Shown one piece after another: positions 28,181-35,464 of a stretch of DNA of 59,295 bases; positions within the stretch are counted from its first letter, which is position 1, and each line of letters begins with the position of its first letter. The notes under the pieces are model-generated. The model was not told the DNA's origin and made no database searches. It saw only the letters and a list, made by a program, of their open reading frames with translations. Origin of the DNA: a virus (Duplodnaviria; Caudoviricetes); the IMG/VR virus record IMGVR_UViG_3300031963_000162, positions 1 through 59,295 of that record; one strand, 5' to 3'. The position numbers were made by a program, and so were the translations under genes.

Positions 28181-28645
28181 ATTTCCCTTACGGTTGTTAG
28201 TCAAAAGATAAGAAAGCCCGCGTTTCGGCGCAGGGTTTATGTGGGTATCTTTGGGGTGGGGGATTCGAGGAGAAAGGACCACGGATCACGGCCCATGGAC
28301 CGGGGTTTTGTTGTAAGAAAAGAAAGAAGAAAGGATGTTGTCAGGAAGGTAATGGGTACGTTTTTTCCATTACGTTTCTATTTTGATATGCACGATTATT
28401 ACGGCAAACCGTGCGTACTATATAGGTATGTTGACCGTGAAATTTTTATTTTTTTTTTTTTGTATGAACGTACCGTAATAAACGTAATGACGTAATAAGC
28501 GAGTGTTTATGCGGGTCTATTATTACTTTTGTGTAATTGATAAGTGTAAGACGTAATTACAGTAGTGAAATTTACGGGGTGCGCGCGCGGGAACTTTTTT
28601 TGAATTTTTTTTTTTTTTGTGGTCAACATACCTGTATAGGAAAAC
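28181..28645. other. Putative replication origin
   Basis: 19-bp inverted repeat (28418-36 / 28621-39, 18/19 match) enclosing two poly-T tracts and CGTAAT repeats; + strand flips from C-rich to G-rich here. Confidence 0.55.
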
Positions 28646-28666
28646 GCGCATTGAGCGGAAAACGGG

Positions 28667-28694
28667 TTGTATTTACTTGGGTATGTTTTATACT
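28667..28694 (+). promoter_or_regulatory. Putative sigma70 promoter upstream of terS operon
   Basis: TTGTAT (28667-72), 16 bp, TATACT (28689-94). Confidence 0.5.
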
Positions 28695-28722
28695 GGGCGA
28701 AAGTCGGGGAAAAGAGGAAGGC

Positions 28723-28983
28723 ATGTTGAAGGACGAAGAACGGCCCTTGTACAAGGACATCAAACCTCGGCAACACGCGGTTAGCTTTACGGCGTCCGGG
28801 CGCTATCGATACCCTTTTAAGCGGATGATTGTGAACGATTACTTTTTGGCAAGGAGCATGACGGAGGCAGAAATGGCTCGAAACGCGGTAAAGGGTTTTT
28901 GTAAACGCCACGCGGGAAAGCAATTTACTGTTCGTCAAATGCGCGATGTAGACGGTTTGTGGGTTATTAGGAGAGTGGCATGA
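28723..28983 (+). CDS. Small putative DNA-binding protein (YPF..M.V.DYF type)
   Basis: Start at ATG 28723 (SD GAGGA); RYPFKRMIVNDYF...FTVR......WVIRRVA. Confidence 0.55.
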   Translation: MLKDEERPLYKDIKPRQHAVSFTASGRYRYPFKRMIVNDYFLARSMTEAEMARNAVKGFCKRHAGKQFTVRQMRDVDGLWVIRRVA

Positions 28984-29810
28984 CCCGACGTAAGGATGAG
29001 ACACGCACGAAGGTGGCGATGCCCAGTTTGCCTCCGGAAGTCTTGGAGCGCGTAGCAAAGGCCCCGAAGCCCGGCAGGAACGGCAAGCAGGTGATTCTGA
29101 GCCCGAAGGAATGGGCCTTTGTTCAGGAGTATGTGACCCGAGACGGGACTATGACCCGGACGGAGGCGGCTATACGGGCCGGATACACCCCAAACGCGGC
29201 CAGAGAGGCCGTAACGCGGCTTTTGGACCCTGCACGTAGTCCGCATGTCGTAGCCGCTGTAAACGAGCTCAGAAACGAACTGGCGGAGAAGTTCGGGACG
29301 ACCTTCGAGCGGCACATGCGTGACCTGCAGATGATCCGTGATAAGGCTATAGAGGCCGGGGCGTGGTCTGCTGCTGTACAGGCGGAATATCGCCGTGGGC
29401 AGGCGCTGGGCACGATTTACGTAGATCGCAAGGAAGTGCGGATTGGCACTATTGACTCGATGTCAAAAGAGGAAGTGATCCGCAAGCTGCAGGAGATCAA
29501 GCAGATTTATGGCGGACCGCCCCCGACAACCGTTTTAGAGATGGAAATAAAAGAAATTGAGGAAGAGCCCGTACCAGTGGAGCCCGAAGTAAAATTTGAG
29601 CCGGGTGATTTTTTGGACGATTTGTCGTTAGGCGAGGAGGAGCCAGCACTTGTCACGAAAAAGCGAGCAGCGGCTTTTCGACAGATTAAAGCGGAATTGG
29701 ACGACAGTTCACATGACGCGGATCGAGACGCGGGTGAACTTGGGGATTCCCGACCTGATGGTGGCCCTGCCGAACTCGCATTTCGTTCTAATCGAATTGA
29801 AGGTAGTTAG
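28980..29810 (+). CDS. terS: Terminase small subunit
   Basis: LSPKEWAFVQEYV...TEAAIRAGY....A.RLL HTH of G1P-like TerS; helical oligomerisation region (AAVQAE..RG); acidic tail. Confidence 0.75.
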   Translation: MTRRKDETRTKVAMPSLPPEVLERVAKAPKPGRNGKQVILSPKEWAFVQEYVTRDGTMTRTEAAIRAGYTPNAAREAVTRLLDPARSPHVVAAVNELRNELAEKFGTTFERHMRDLQMIRDKAIEAGAWSAAVQAEYRRGQALGTIYVDRKEVRIGTIDSMSKEEVIRKLQEIKQIYGGPPPTTVLEMEIKEIEEEPVPVEPEVKFEPGDFLDDLSLGEEEPALVTKKRAAAFRQIKAELDDSSHDADRDAGELGDSRPDGGPAELAFRSNRIEGS

Positions 29811-30072
29811 CGCGGGCCTGAAGATTAACCTGAGTCCTCACCAGTACGCCTTTCATATGAAACATGCGGCGCTGGGATGCCCGACCTTTGTCGTGGTGGA
29901 AGTGAACACGAAGGTTCGCGCGCCGGAGTTACTTTTGTTCACGGGCGCGCAAGTGCTCGACATATCGAAGCGGGGAATTATGGCGGACTGTGTCGCGCGC
30001 TGGCCCCTCGCAAAAATAGACTGGGAAGAATTTCACAAAAAGGTCTTGCAATTGCCGAACGAGCGCGCATAA
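29650..30072 (+). CDS. VRR-NUC / Holliday-junction-resolvase-like nuclease
   Basis: TTG start 7 nt after AGGAGGAG; E...RIE....GIPDL......IELK......SPHQ..FH; overlaps terS by 161 nt. Confidence 0.75.
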   Translation: MSRKSEQRLFDRLKRNWTTVHMTRIETRVNLGIPDLMVALPNSHFVLIELKVVSAGLKINLSPHQYAFHMKHAALGCPTFVVVEVNTKVRAPELLLFTGAQVLDISKRGIMADCVARWPLAKIDWEEFHKKVLQLPNERA

Positions 30073-30114
30073 TTTCCGGACGGGCACATGCTCGGATTAC
30101 ATACAGGGAGAAAA
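30046..30114 (+). promoter_or_regulatory. Early cassette leader 1 (promoter + hairpin + TACAGGGAGAAAA)
   Basis: TTGCAA 30046-51, 16 bp, CATAAT 30068-73, TTCCGGACGGGCA hairpin, TACAGGGAGAAAA 30102-14. Confidence 0.7.
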
Positions 30115-30116
30115 AC

Positions 30117-30308
30117 ATGCCTATTACACGTACAGACGCCGCCATTGAATTAATTACTTTCGCGGATAAAAAGCTTGATCTTGACGACCGAGAATCGGCG
30201 GCGGCGCTTGTTTTGGCCGCTTGTTTTTTGGCGGGCAGCACTGAGAATATTTTATCGCTGATCAAATTAATGATGGACTCGCACGAAATCATGAGCGAAA
30301 AATGTTAG
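30117..30308 (+). CDS. Small early protein (63 aa)
   Basis: ATG directly after TACAGGGAGAAAAAC. Confidence 0.6.
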   Translation: MPITRTDAAIELITFADKKLDLDDRESAAALVLAACFLAGSTENILSLIKLMMDSHEIMSEKC

Positions 30309-30466
30309 AACTTGAGGGATTAAAAAGGTCTCGCCAGTATAAAAACTGGCACAAAAAGCGGTTTCGCCATGTTATTGAGCCCCCACCTTCGAAGCCCGTC
30401 TCGTGGTTTTCCCATGTTTCAAGGCTGTTCGGCATGTGGGTTGTGCACCTGATACTAGGTAACTAA
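30302..30466 (+). CDS. Small early protein (54 aa, not in ORF track)
   Basis: Own translation MLELEGLKRSRQYKNWHKKRF...LFGMWVVHLILGN; overlaps previous gene end and fills the gap to the next promoter. Confidence 0.35.
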   Translation: MLELEGLKRSRQYKNWHKKRFRHVIEPPPSKPVSWFSHVSRLFGMWVVHLILGN

Positions 30467-30473
30467 TAAATAC

Positions 30474-30541
30474 TTGACCGGCGGATAGAATCGAGCTATA
30501 AAGTTACTGCGCGCAAGCGGCGCGCTTATACAGGGAGAAAA
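30474..30541 (+). promoter_or_regulatory. Early cassette leader 2
   Basis: TTGACC 30474-79, 17 bp, TATAAA 30497-502, GCGCGC-AAGCG-GCGCGC hairpin, TACAGGGAGAAAA 30529-41. Confidence 0.7.
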
Positions 30542-30543
30542 TT

Positions 30544-31233
30544 TTGAAAACCGTTCACTTGACAATCAAGAGCTCAAACAAGAAAACCGGCCCGATACCG
30601 GTATCTACTACCAGCGCGAAATCGTGCCCTGATTCGTGCCCGCTTAAGAAAAACGGATGTTATGCGGACGGCGGGCCGCTCGCGTTGCACTGGCGCGCTG
30701 TTACTGAGGGCCAGCGTGGCATGCATTGGGCTGAGTTTTGCGAATCAATTGAAGCTTTACCGGCGGGCCAGCTCTGGCGGCATAATCAGGCAGGCGATTT
30801 GCCGGGCCTGAATGAATCAATTAATCCGGACGCGTTGCGCATGCTAGTCAAGGCGAACACGGGAAAACGCGGCTTCACGTATACGCACAAACCGGCCAGC
30901 GCTGAAAATCTAGCGTTAATCCGTGAAGCGAACGCGGGCGGCTTCACTATCAATTTATCGGCGAATAGTCTCGCACACGCGGATGAGCTGGCGGCATTGG
31001 ACGCTGGGCCCGTGGTGACGCTACTTCCGCCCGGCGCGCCCTCACTTACGAAAACCCCGGCGGGCCGTCCCGTGGTGACGTGCCCGGCCCAGCTCCGGGA
31101 CGATATCAGCTGCGCGGATTGTCAGTTGTGCTCACGTGCTGAGCGGCCCTCGATTGTCGGTTTTATCGCCCACGGGGCGGGCTCAAAACGGGCCGAGAAA
31201 ATAAGCTTGCATTTCCAAAGTAAGGCCCTATAA
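30544..31233 (+). CDS. Cys-rich phage protein (gp88/DUF7227-like, possible Fe-S)
   Basis: TTG start; SNKKTGPIPVS, SCPDSCP.....CYA, WRHNQAGDL, FTYTH, INLSAN, CPAQ.....CADCQLC, GFIAHG. Confidence 0.6.
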   Translation: MKTVHLTIKSSNKKTGPIPVSTTSAKSCPDSCPLKKNGCYADGGPLALHWRAVTEGQRGMHWAEFCESIEALPAGQLWRHNQAGDLPGLNESINPDALRMLVKANTGKRGFTYTHKPASAENLALIREANAGGFTINLSANSLAHADELAALDAGPVVTLLPPGAPSLTKTPAGRPVVTCPAQLRDDISCADCQLCSRAERPSIVGFIAHGAGSKRAEKISLHFQSKAL

Positions 31234-31275
31234 TTTCCGGGCGGGCACTTGGTCCCGCTTTATACAGGGAGAAAA
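31207..31275 (+). promoter_or_regulatory. Early cassette leader 3
   Basis: TTGCAT 31207-12, 16 bp, TATAAT 31229-34, TTCCGGGCGGGCA...CCCGC hairpin, TACAGGGAGAAAA 31263-75. Confidence 0.75.
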
Positions 31276-31277
31276 AA

Positions 31278-31544
31278 ATGCAAATGAAACAAATTGCACT
31301 GGCGGTTTTTAACGATCCCGCTACGCAGGAAAAGCAAAAGCAGGCTTTTTTATATTGGCTGAATGAGGGCCACGAGACGGGCGCCCTTCTTCAGCTCTTA
31401 TCGATTATTTTTGCGGAGCTGAAAAAACCAATTTATGAGGGTGTTTCATTCGACGATAGTCCATGGTCTGCAGCTGCAGAATTATTAGAATTCCACATTC
31501 AAAGCGAGCTCGAAAAGCGGGAAGGGGTGAAAAATGAAGCTTGA
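31278..31544 (+). CDS. Small early protein
   Basis: 88 aa after cassette leader 3. Confidence 0.55.
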   Translation: MQMKQIALAVFNDPATQEKQKQAFLYWLNEGHETGALLQLLSIIFAELKKPIYEGVSFDDSPWSAAAELLEFHIQSELEKREGVKNEA

Positions 31545-31827
31545 CATTATTTCGGACCCGGGCCATGCGTGGGCGAAAGTTTCGATTCGCTTACTTGACC
31601 GCTTGAATTTGCTCGATTCGATTAGCTATTACAGTTACATGCGGGACGGTTTCGCTTATCTTGAAGAAGATTGTGATCTGGGCGTGTTAATGCATGCGGC
31701 CCAGCTGGCCGGTATCCCGTTGACCTTCCGCGAACGCGTAGCACGTGAGCGATATTCTCGCGTCCGGAATTACAGTCGATATACCCCGGAGCGGGCCCGG
31801 AATAAATTGGTTTGTAATTCTGATTAA
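31534..31827 (+). CDS. Conserved small phage/plasmid protein (DPGH.W..V / YLEEDCD family)
   Basis: SDPGHAWAKV...ISYYSY....AYLEEDCD...RVRNY motifs. Confidence 0.6.
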   Translation: MKLDIISDPGHAWAKVSIRLLDRLNLLDSISYYSYMRDGFAYLEEDCDLGVLMHAAQLAGIPLTFRERVARERYSRVRNYSRYTPERARNKLVCNSD

Positions 31828-31884
31828 TTCGCTTATACTTTCCGGGCGGGCAAACCGCCCGCTTTTTTCAATACAGGGAGAAAA
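31812..31884 (+). promoter_or_regulatory. Early cassette leader 4
   Basis: TTGTAA 31812-17, 16 bp, TATACT 31834-39, CGGGCGG-GCAAA-CCGCCCG hairpin, TACAGGGAGAAAA 31872-84. Confidence 0.75.
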
Positions 31885-31886
31885 TC

Positions 31887-32972
31887 ATGTCAACACTTAT
31901 GCAAGCTTCGCGTCAATGGTCTACACGTCCCGCCGAAGAGCGGTTTATTTCGCTCACGGAAATGCATGCTCAGCAAGCGGCCCAGCGCGCTATTTCGCGC
32001 GCCGCCGTGGTGAGCTCGCGTCAGCTCCGCGCAGTGCCCACGGATGACAATTCCGGCATTTTGATTGAGGGCCCGAACGGGCACGGGTTTGCCCCTTCGC
32101 ATTGGGCGTTCGGCCAAGCGGCGGGCCTGATCGGCGCGCCCGCTGGGTATCTGCGTACACTCCCGGCCCCAGTGGCGGCGGACTGTATCAATTGGGGCAT
32201 GCAACACGAACGGGACGCGCAGGATGTGGGCGTACTGTTAACGCGCAACGGCGAATCAGTAATTCGCGCTATGACCGGCCCGCGCTACGGGCGTGTGTGG
32301 AATGATGATGTTATTGCGGCGCTGATTGACCGCTTTGGTGACGGCGTGACGGGCGATTTCCGCGTCCCGGGCGTATGGGGCCGGGCCGTTGAAGTGGACC
32401 GCGAAAACACCACGCTGTACGCGGGAGACCGCGACATGTTCGTTTTTCTCGCCGATGAGAAAAACCGCATCGAGCTACCGGGCCGCCGGGACGGCGAGAC
32501 CGGGACGCTGGCCCGGGGGTTTTTTGTCACTAATTCCGAAGTGGGCGGCGGGGCCTTGCGCGTGAAAACCTTTTTGTTCGATTTTGTTTGCGCGAATCGT
32601 ATTGTATGGGGCGCTCATGAGCTCGAAGAAATATCGCTTCGGCATACGGCCAGCGCGCCGGACCGCTTCATTGAAGAAGTAGCGCCCGCGTTGCTCGCTT
32701 ATTCGCAGGCCAGCGAATCGAACACGCTGAACGTGTTGCAAGCGGCCCAGCGCGAGCGGATCCCGGACGTGAGCAAGTTTCTCGCGAATCGTTTCGGGCC
32801 GCGTGTTGCCCAGCGCGTTGAACATGCGCACGTGATTGATGAGGGGCGCCCCATTGAAACGATCTGGGACGCTGTAACGGGCGCTACGGCGTACGCCCGC
32901 TCGATTCAATGGACCGCTGATCGCGTCGAATTCGAGACGCAAGCGGGCGAGCTACTGGACCTCGTAGCGTGA
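31887..32972 (+). CDS. DUF932/DUF945-like phage/plasmid protein
   Basis: 361 aa; RY.R.WN..V, GFFVTNSEVG.G.L.V......VCAN..V, RHT, T.WD.V...T..A motifs. Confidence 0.7.
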   Translation: MSTLMQASRQWSTRPAEERFISLTEMHAQQAAQRAISRAAVVSSRQLRAVPTDDNSGILIEGPNGHGFAPSHWAFGQAAGLIGAPAGYLRTLPAPVAADCINWGMQHERDAQDVGVLLTRNGESVIRAMTGPRYGRVWNDDVIAALIDRFGDGVTGDFRVPGVWGRAVEVDRENTTLYAGDRDMFVFLADEKNRIELPGRRDGETGTLARGFFVTNSEVGGGALRVKTFLFDFVCANRIVWGAHELEEISLRHTASAPDRFIEEVAPALLAYSQASESNTLNVLQAAQRERIPDVSKFLANRFGPRVAQRVEHAHVIDEGRPIETIWDAVTGATAYARSIQWTADRVEFETQAGELLDLVA

Positions 32973-32993
32973 TTCGTTTTCCCTGAGCTCGGC

Positions 32994-33435
32994 CCAGCTG
33001 GGCCGCGCGGACCGCCCTTCGGGGCGGTTTTTTTTCGCCCCTATAAACCGGGCCCGGCCAGCGCCGTACATTATCCCGCCGCTATGAAAAGCTTCGGCCA
33101 GCTGGCCCCGGACGCCCGGCGCGCCCCTGAGCGGATCCGGGCCCCGTGGGCCTTGGTCCCTGATCCCTGAACGTACGGCCCCAGCGCGCGCCCCGTGGGC
33201 CCAGCTGGCCGCTTCGTGGGCCGTGGGCCGTGCCCAGCTGGCCGGGATTGATTCGCCCAGCTGCAGCGCCCAGCTGGCCGCGTGTTTGTGTTTGTGTTTG
33301 TGATCCGGTTTGTGATGAGGGATCACAAACACCCAGCTGGCCGTGGGCCGTGGGCCGTGATGCGTGATGCATGCCCAGCTGGCCGCGCATGCCGGGCCGT
33401 GGGCCGCGCGCCCCGGACCGTGGGCCGTGGACCGG
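32994..33435. repeat. GC-rich non-coding repeat block (CCAGCTGG palindromes, CCGTGGG heptamers, TGTTTG run)
   Basis: CCAGCTGG at 32994, 33098, 33201, 33234, 33270, 33333, 33375 (variant at 33257); tandem CCGTGGG at about 33216-32, 33341-60, 33418-31; (TGTTTG)3 at 33283-300. Confidence 0.8.
33011..33035 (+). terminator. Rho-independent terminator closing the early island
   Basis: ACCGCCC-TTCG-GGGCGGT followed by a long T run. Confidence 0.85.
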
Positions 33436-33582
33436 GGGCCGAGTCCCGGCGTCCATTCGTGCGGTATCTGGCGTAAGTGAGCACCCACCCCGGATTTTGG
33501 CCCCCCTGTCTGGCTGGCGAACGCCTAGGCCCGATTTCACACAAACAGTTACGTATTGAACTGTTTCTGTTTTTGTGGAACA

Positions 33583-33933
33583 ATGTTGATCGTGAAACAA
33601 TGTTCTAAATGTGGAAACCCGCGTGACCGTGAGCCGCAGCGTTATTGCAAGGCTTGCCATGCTTCGTACATGCGGCAATACCGCCCTAAACACTCAGACC
33701 TGCCCCCAGACGCGCGGATGCGGGCAAATACTCGTGCCTATGCCAATACCTACCTCAGGCGTGGCATGATTGAGCGTCAACCTTGCTTTTCCTGTGGAAG
33801 TGAGCACTCACAGATGCATCACCCGGATTACTCAAAACCCTTGGAAGTTGTCTGGCTGTGCCGAGAGTGTCATCTCGACTTGCACCATGACAGGGAAAAG
33901 GCCCCCGTCGAGCCAGAAAACGCTTTGCCATAA
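33583..33933 (+). CDS. HNH endonuclease with N-terminal zinc ribbon
   Basis: CSKC..YCKAC, PCFSCG....MHHPDYSKPLEVVWLCRECH; directly upstream of terL. Confidence 0.8.
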   Translation: MLIVKQCSKCGNPRDREPQRYCKACHASYMRQYRPKHSDLPPDARMRANTRAYANTYLRRGMIERQPCFSCGSEHSQMHHPDYSKPLEVVWLCRECHLDLHHDREKAPVEPENALP

Positions 33934-33957
33934 AAATTTTTGCAAAATTCAAAACCT

Positions 33958-35424
33958 ATGGACTTAGCAAATCAACAAGATGTCGAATCGGAACGTATCA
34001 AGCTAGAACTTCGACTCTTGCAGCTTGAAGCGCAGGAACGTGCAACGTCCTCCTTCTTGGATTTCTGTCGCTACGTGTGGCCCGAGATGATTGTCGGTGA
34101 GCACCATCGCCGTATCGCTGCGGCCTTGGACCGTGTGGTCGCGGGCAAATGCAAGCGTCTGATGATCGCGATGCCTCCTCGGCACGGTAAGTCGCAGATG
34201 GGCAGTTATCTGTTCCCTGCGTACCTGATGGGCAAGAAGCCTGATTCGAAACTCATTGTCGGTTCGCACACGGCGGAGTTAGCGCAGCGTTTTGGCCGGA
34301 TGATTCGAAACCTTGTGGCGGACGAGAAGTACCGGGAGTTGTTCCCTGAGTTCATGCTCTCGGCTGACAGCAAGGCGGCGGGCCGGTGGGACACGAACGC
34401 TGGTGGGGAGGCGTTCTTCATTGGTAAAGGCGGCGCGATGACGGGCCGTGGCGGTAACGTGGTTATCTTGGACGACATCTTGGACGAACAGGATGCTTTG
34501 TCGGACACCGCGATGGAGGGCACGTGGGAGTGGTATACGTCGGGTCCTCGTCAGCGTTTGCAGCCGGATGGCGCGATTATCATCATCAACACCCGTTGGC
34601 GGACCGATGATCTGTCGGGGAGGTTATTGAAGCAGCAGGGCCAGTTGAAGTCGGACCAGTGGGAGATATTGGAGTTCCCGGCGATTCTGCCGAACAATGC
34701 GCCGTTGTGGCCGGAGTACTGGAAGCTTGAGGAGTTAGAGAAGGTCAAGATGTCGATTGGCCTTCGCAAGTGGCAGGCGCAGTGGCAGCAGCAGCCGACG
34801 GCGGAAGAGGGTGCGATATTAAAGCGCGAGTGGTGGCAGCGTTGGGAGCACAACTCGCCGCCCAAGTGTGAGTACTTAATTCAGAGTTATGACACGGCGT
34901 ACAGCAAGAAAGAGACGGCGGACTTCTCTGTGATTACGACGTGGGGCGTGTTTGTGCCGAACGCGGACTCGGGGCCGAACATTATTTTGTTGGACGTGGT
35001 GAAGGGCCGGTGGGACTTCCCGGAGTTAAAGCGTATTGCCAAGGAGCAGTACAGCTATTGGAATCCTGACAACGTCTTGATCGAGGCCAAGGCCACGGGC
35101 GTGACATTGCAGCAGGAACTGCGGCGCGTGGGCATACCGGTGACGATGTACAACCCCGGTGGACGGCGCGCGGGTCAGGACAAGATAAGCAGGGCGCATG
35201 CGGTGGCTCCGTTGTTCGAGAGCCGGATGGTCTGGGCACCTGAGACGGAGTGGGCGGAGGAGCTGATTGAGGAGTGTGCGGCATTCCCGAATGGCGATAA
35301 CGACGACATGGTCGATTCGACAACACAGGCCATGATGCGCTTTAGGCAGGGCAACTTTGTGACCTTGGAGACGGACGATGTCGAGGAGGAGGGAAGCGAT
35401 GCGCTTGTGTATGAGTATTATTAG
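33958..35424 (+). CDS. terL: Terminase large subunit
   Basis: MPPRHGKS Walker A, VILDD Walker B, TRW..DDL.G, QQQP, SYDTA, IEAKATG, FP.G.NDDMVD nuclease motifs. Confidence 0.95.
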   Translation: MDLANQQDVESERIKLELRLLQLEAQERATSSFLDFCRYVWPEMIVGEHHRRIAAALDRVVAGKCKRLMIAMPPRHGKSQMGSYLFPAYLMGKKPDSKLIVGSHTAELAQRFGRMIRNLVADEKYRELFPEFMLSADSKAAGRWDTNAGGEAFFIGKGGAMTGRGGNVVILDDILDEQDALSDTAMEGTWEWYTSGPRQRLQPDGAIIIINTRWRTDDLSGRLLKQQGQLKSDQWEILEFPAILPNNAPLWPEYWKLEELEKVKMSIGLRKWQAQWQQQPTAEEGAILKREWWQRWEHNSPPKCEYLIQSYDTAYSKKETADFSVITTWGVFVPNADSGPNIILLDVVKGRWDFPELKRIAKEQYSYWNPDNVLIEAKATGVTLQQELRRVGIPVTMYNPGGRRAGQDKISRAHAVAPLFESRMVWAPETEWAEELIEECAAFPNGDNDDMVDSTTQAMMRFRQGNFVTLETDDVEEEGSDALVYEYY

Positions 35425-35433
35425 CTCTAGAAT
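35405..35433 (+). promoter_or_regulatory. Putative sigma70 promoter upstream of the 1223-aa gene
   Basis: TTGTGT 35405-10, 17 bp, TAGAAT 35428-33; small ACCTT-GCTA-AAGGT hairpin over the SD. Confidence 0.4.
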
Positions 35434-35464
35434 CCCTCAAGTTTAACCTTGCTAAAGGTACGCC

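Noticed and set aside
28241-29058. Track ORFs 28241-28495 (+), 28507-29058 (-) and the 28537 extension
   Set aside because: They run through poly-T tracts and the inverted repeat (FFFF/KKKK runs) with no credible protein features; the region is better explained as non-coding.
32994-33382. CCAGCTGG repeats as a mini-CRISPR array
   Set aside because: Repeats are only 8-12 bp, spacing is irregular (about 33-104 bp) and the spacers are themselves repetitive.
32952-33693. Minus-strand ORFs of 178 and 203 aa
   Set aside because: Products of the stop-poor GC repeat block (ASWA, PRPT, HGPR repeats); no SD or protein-like composition.
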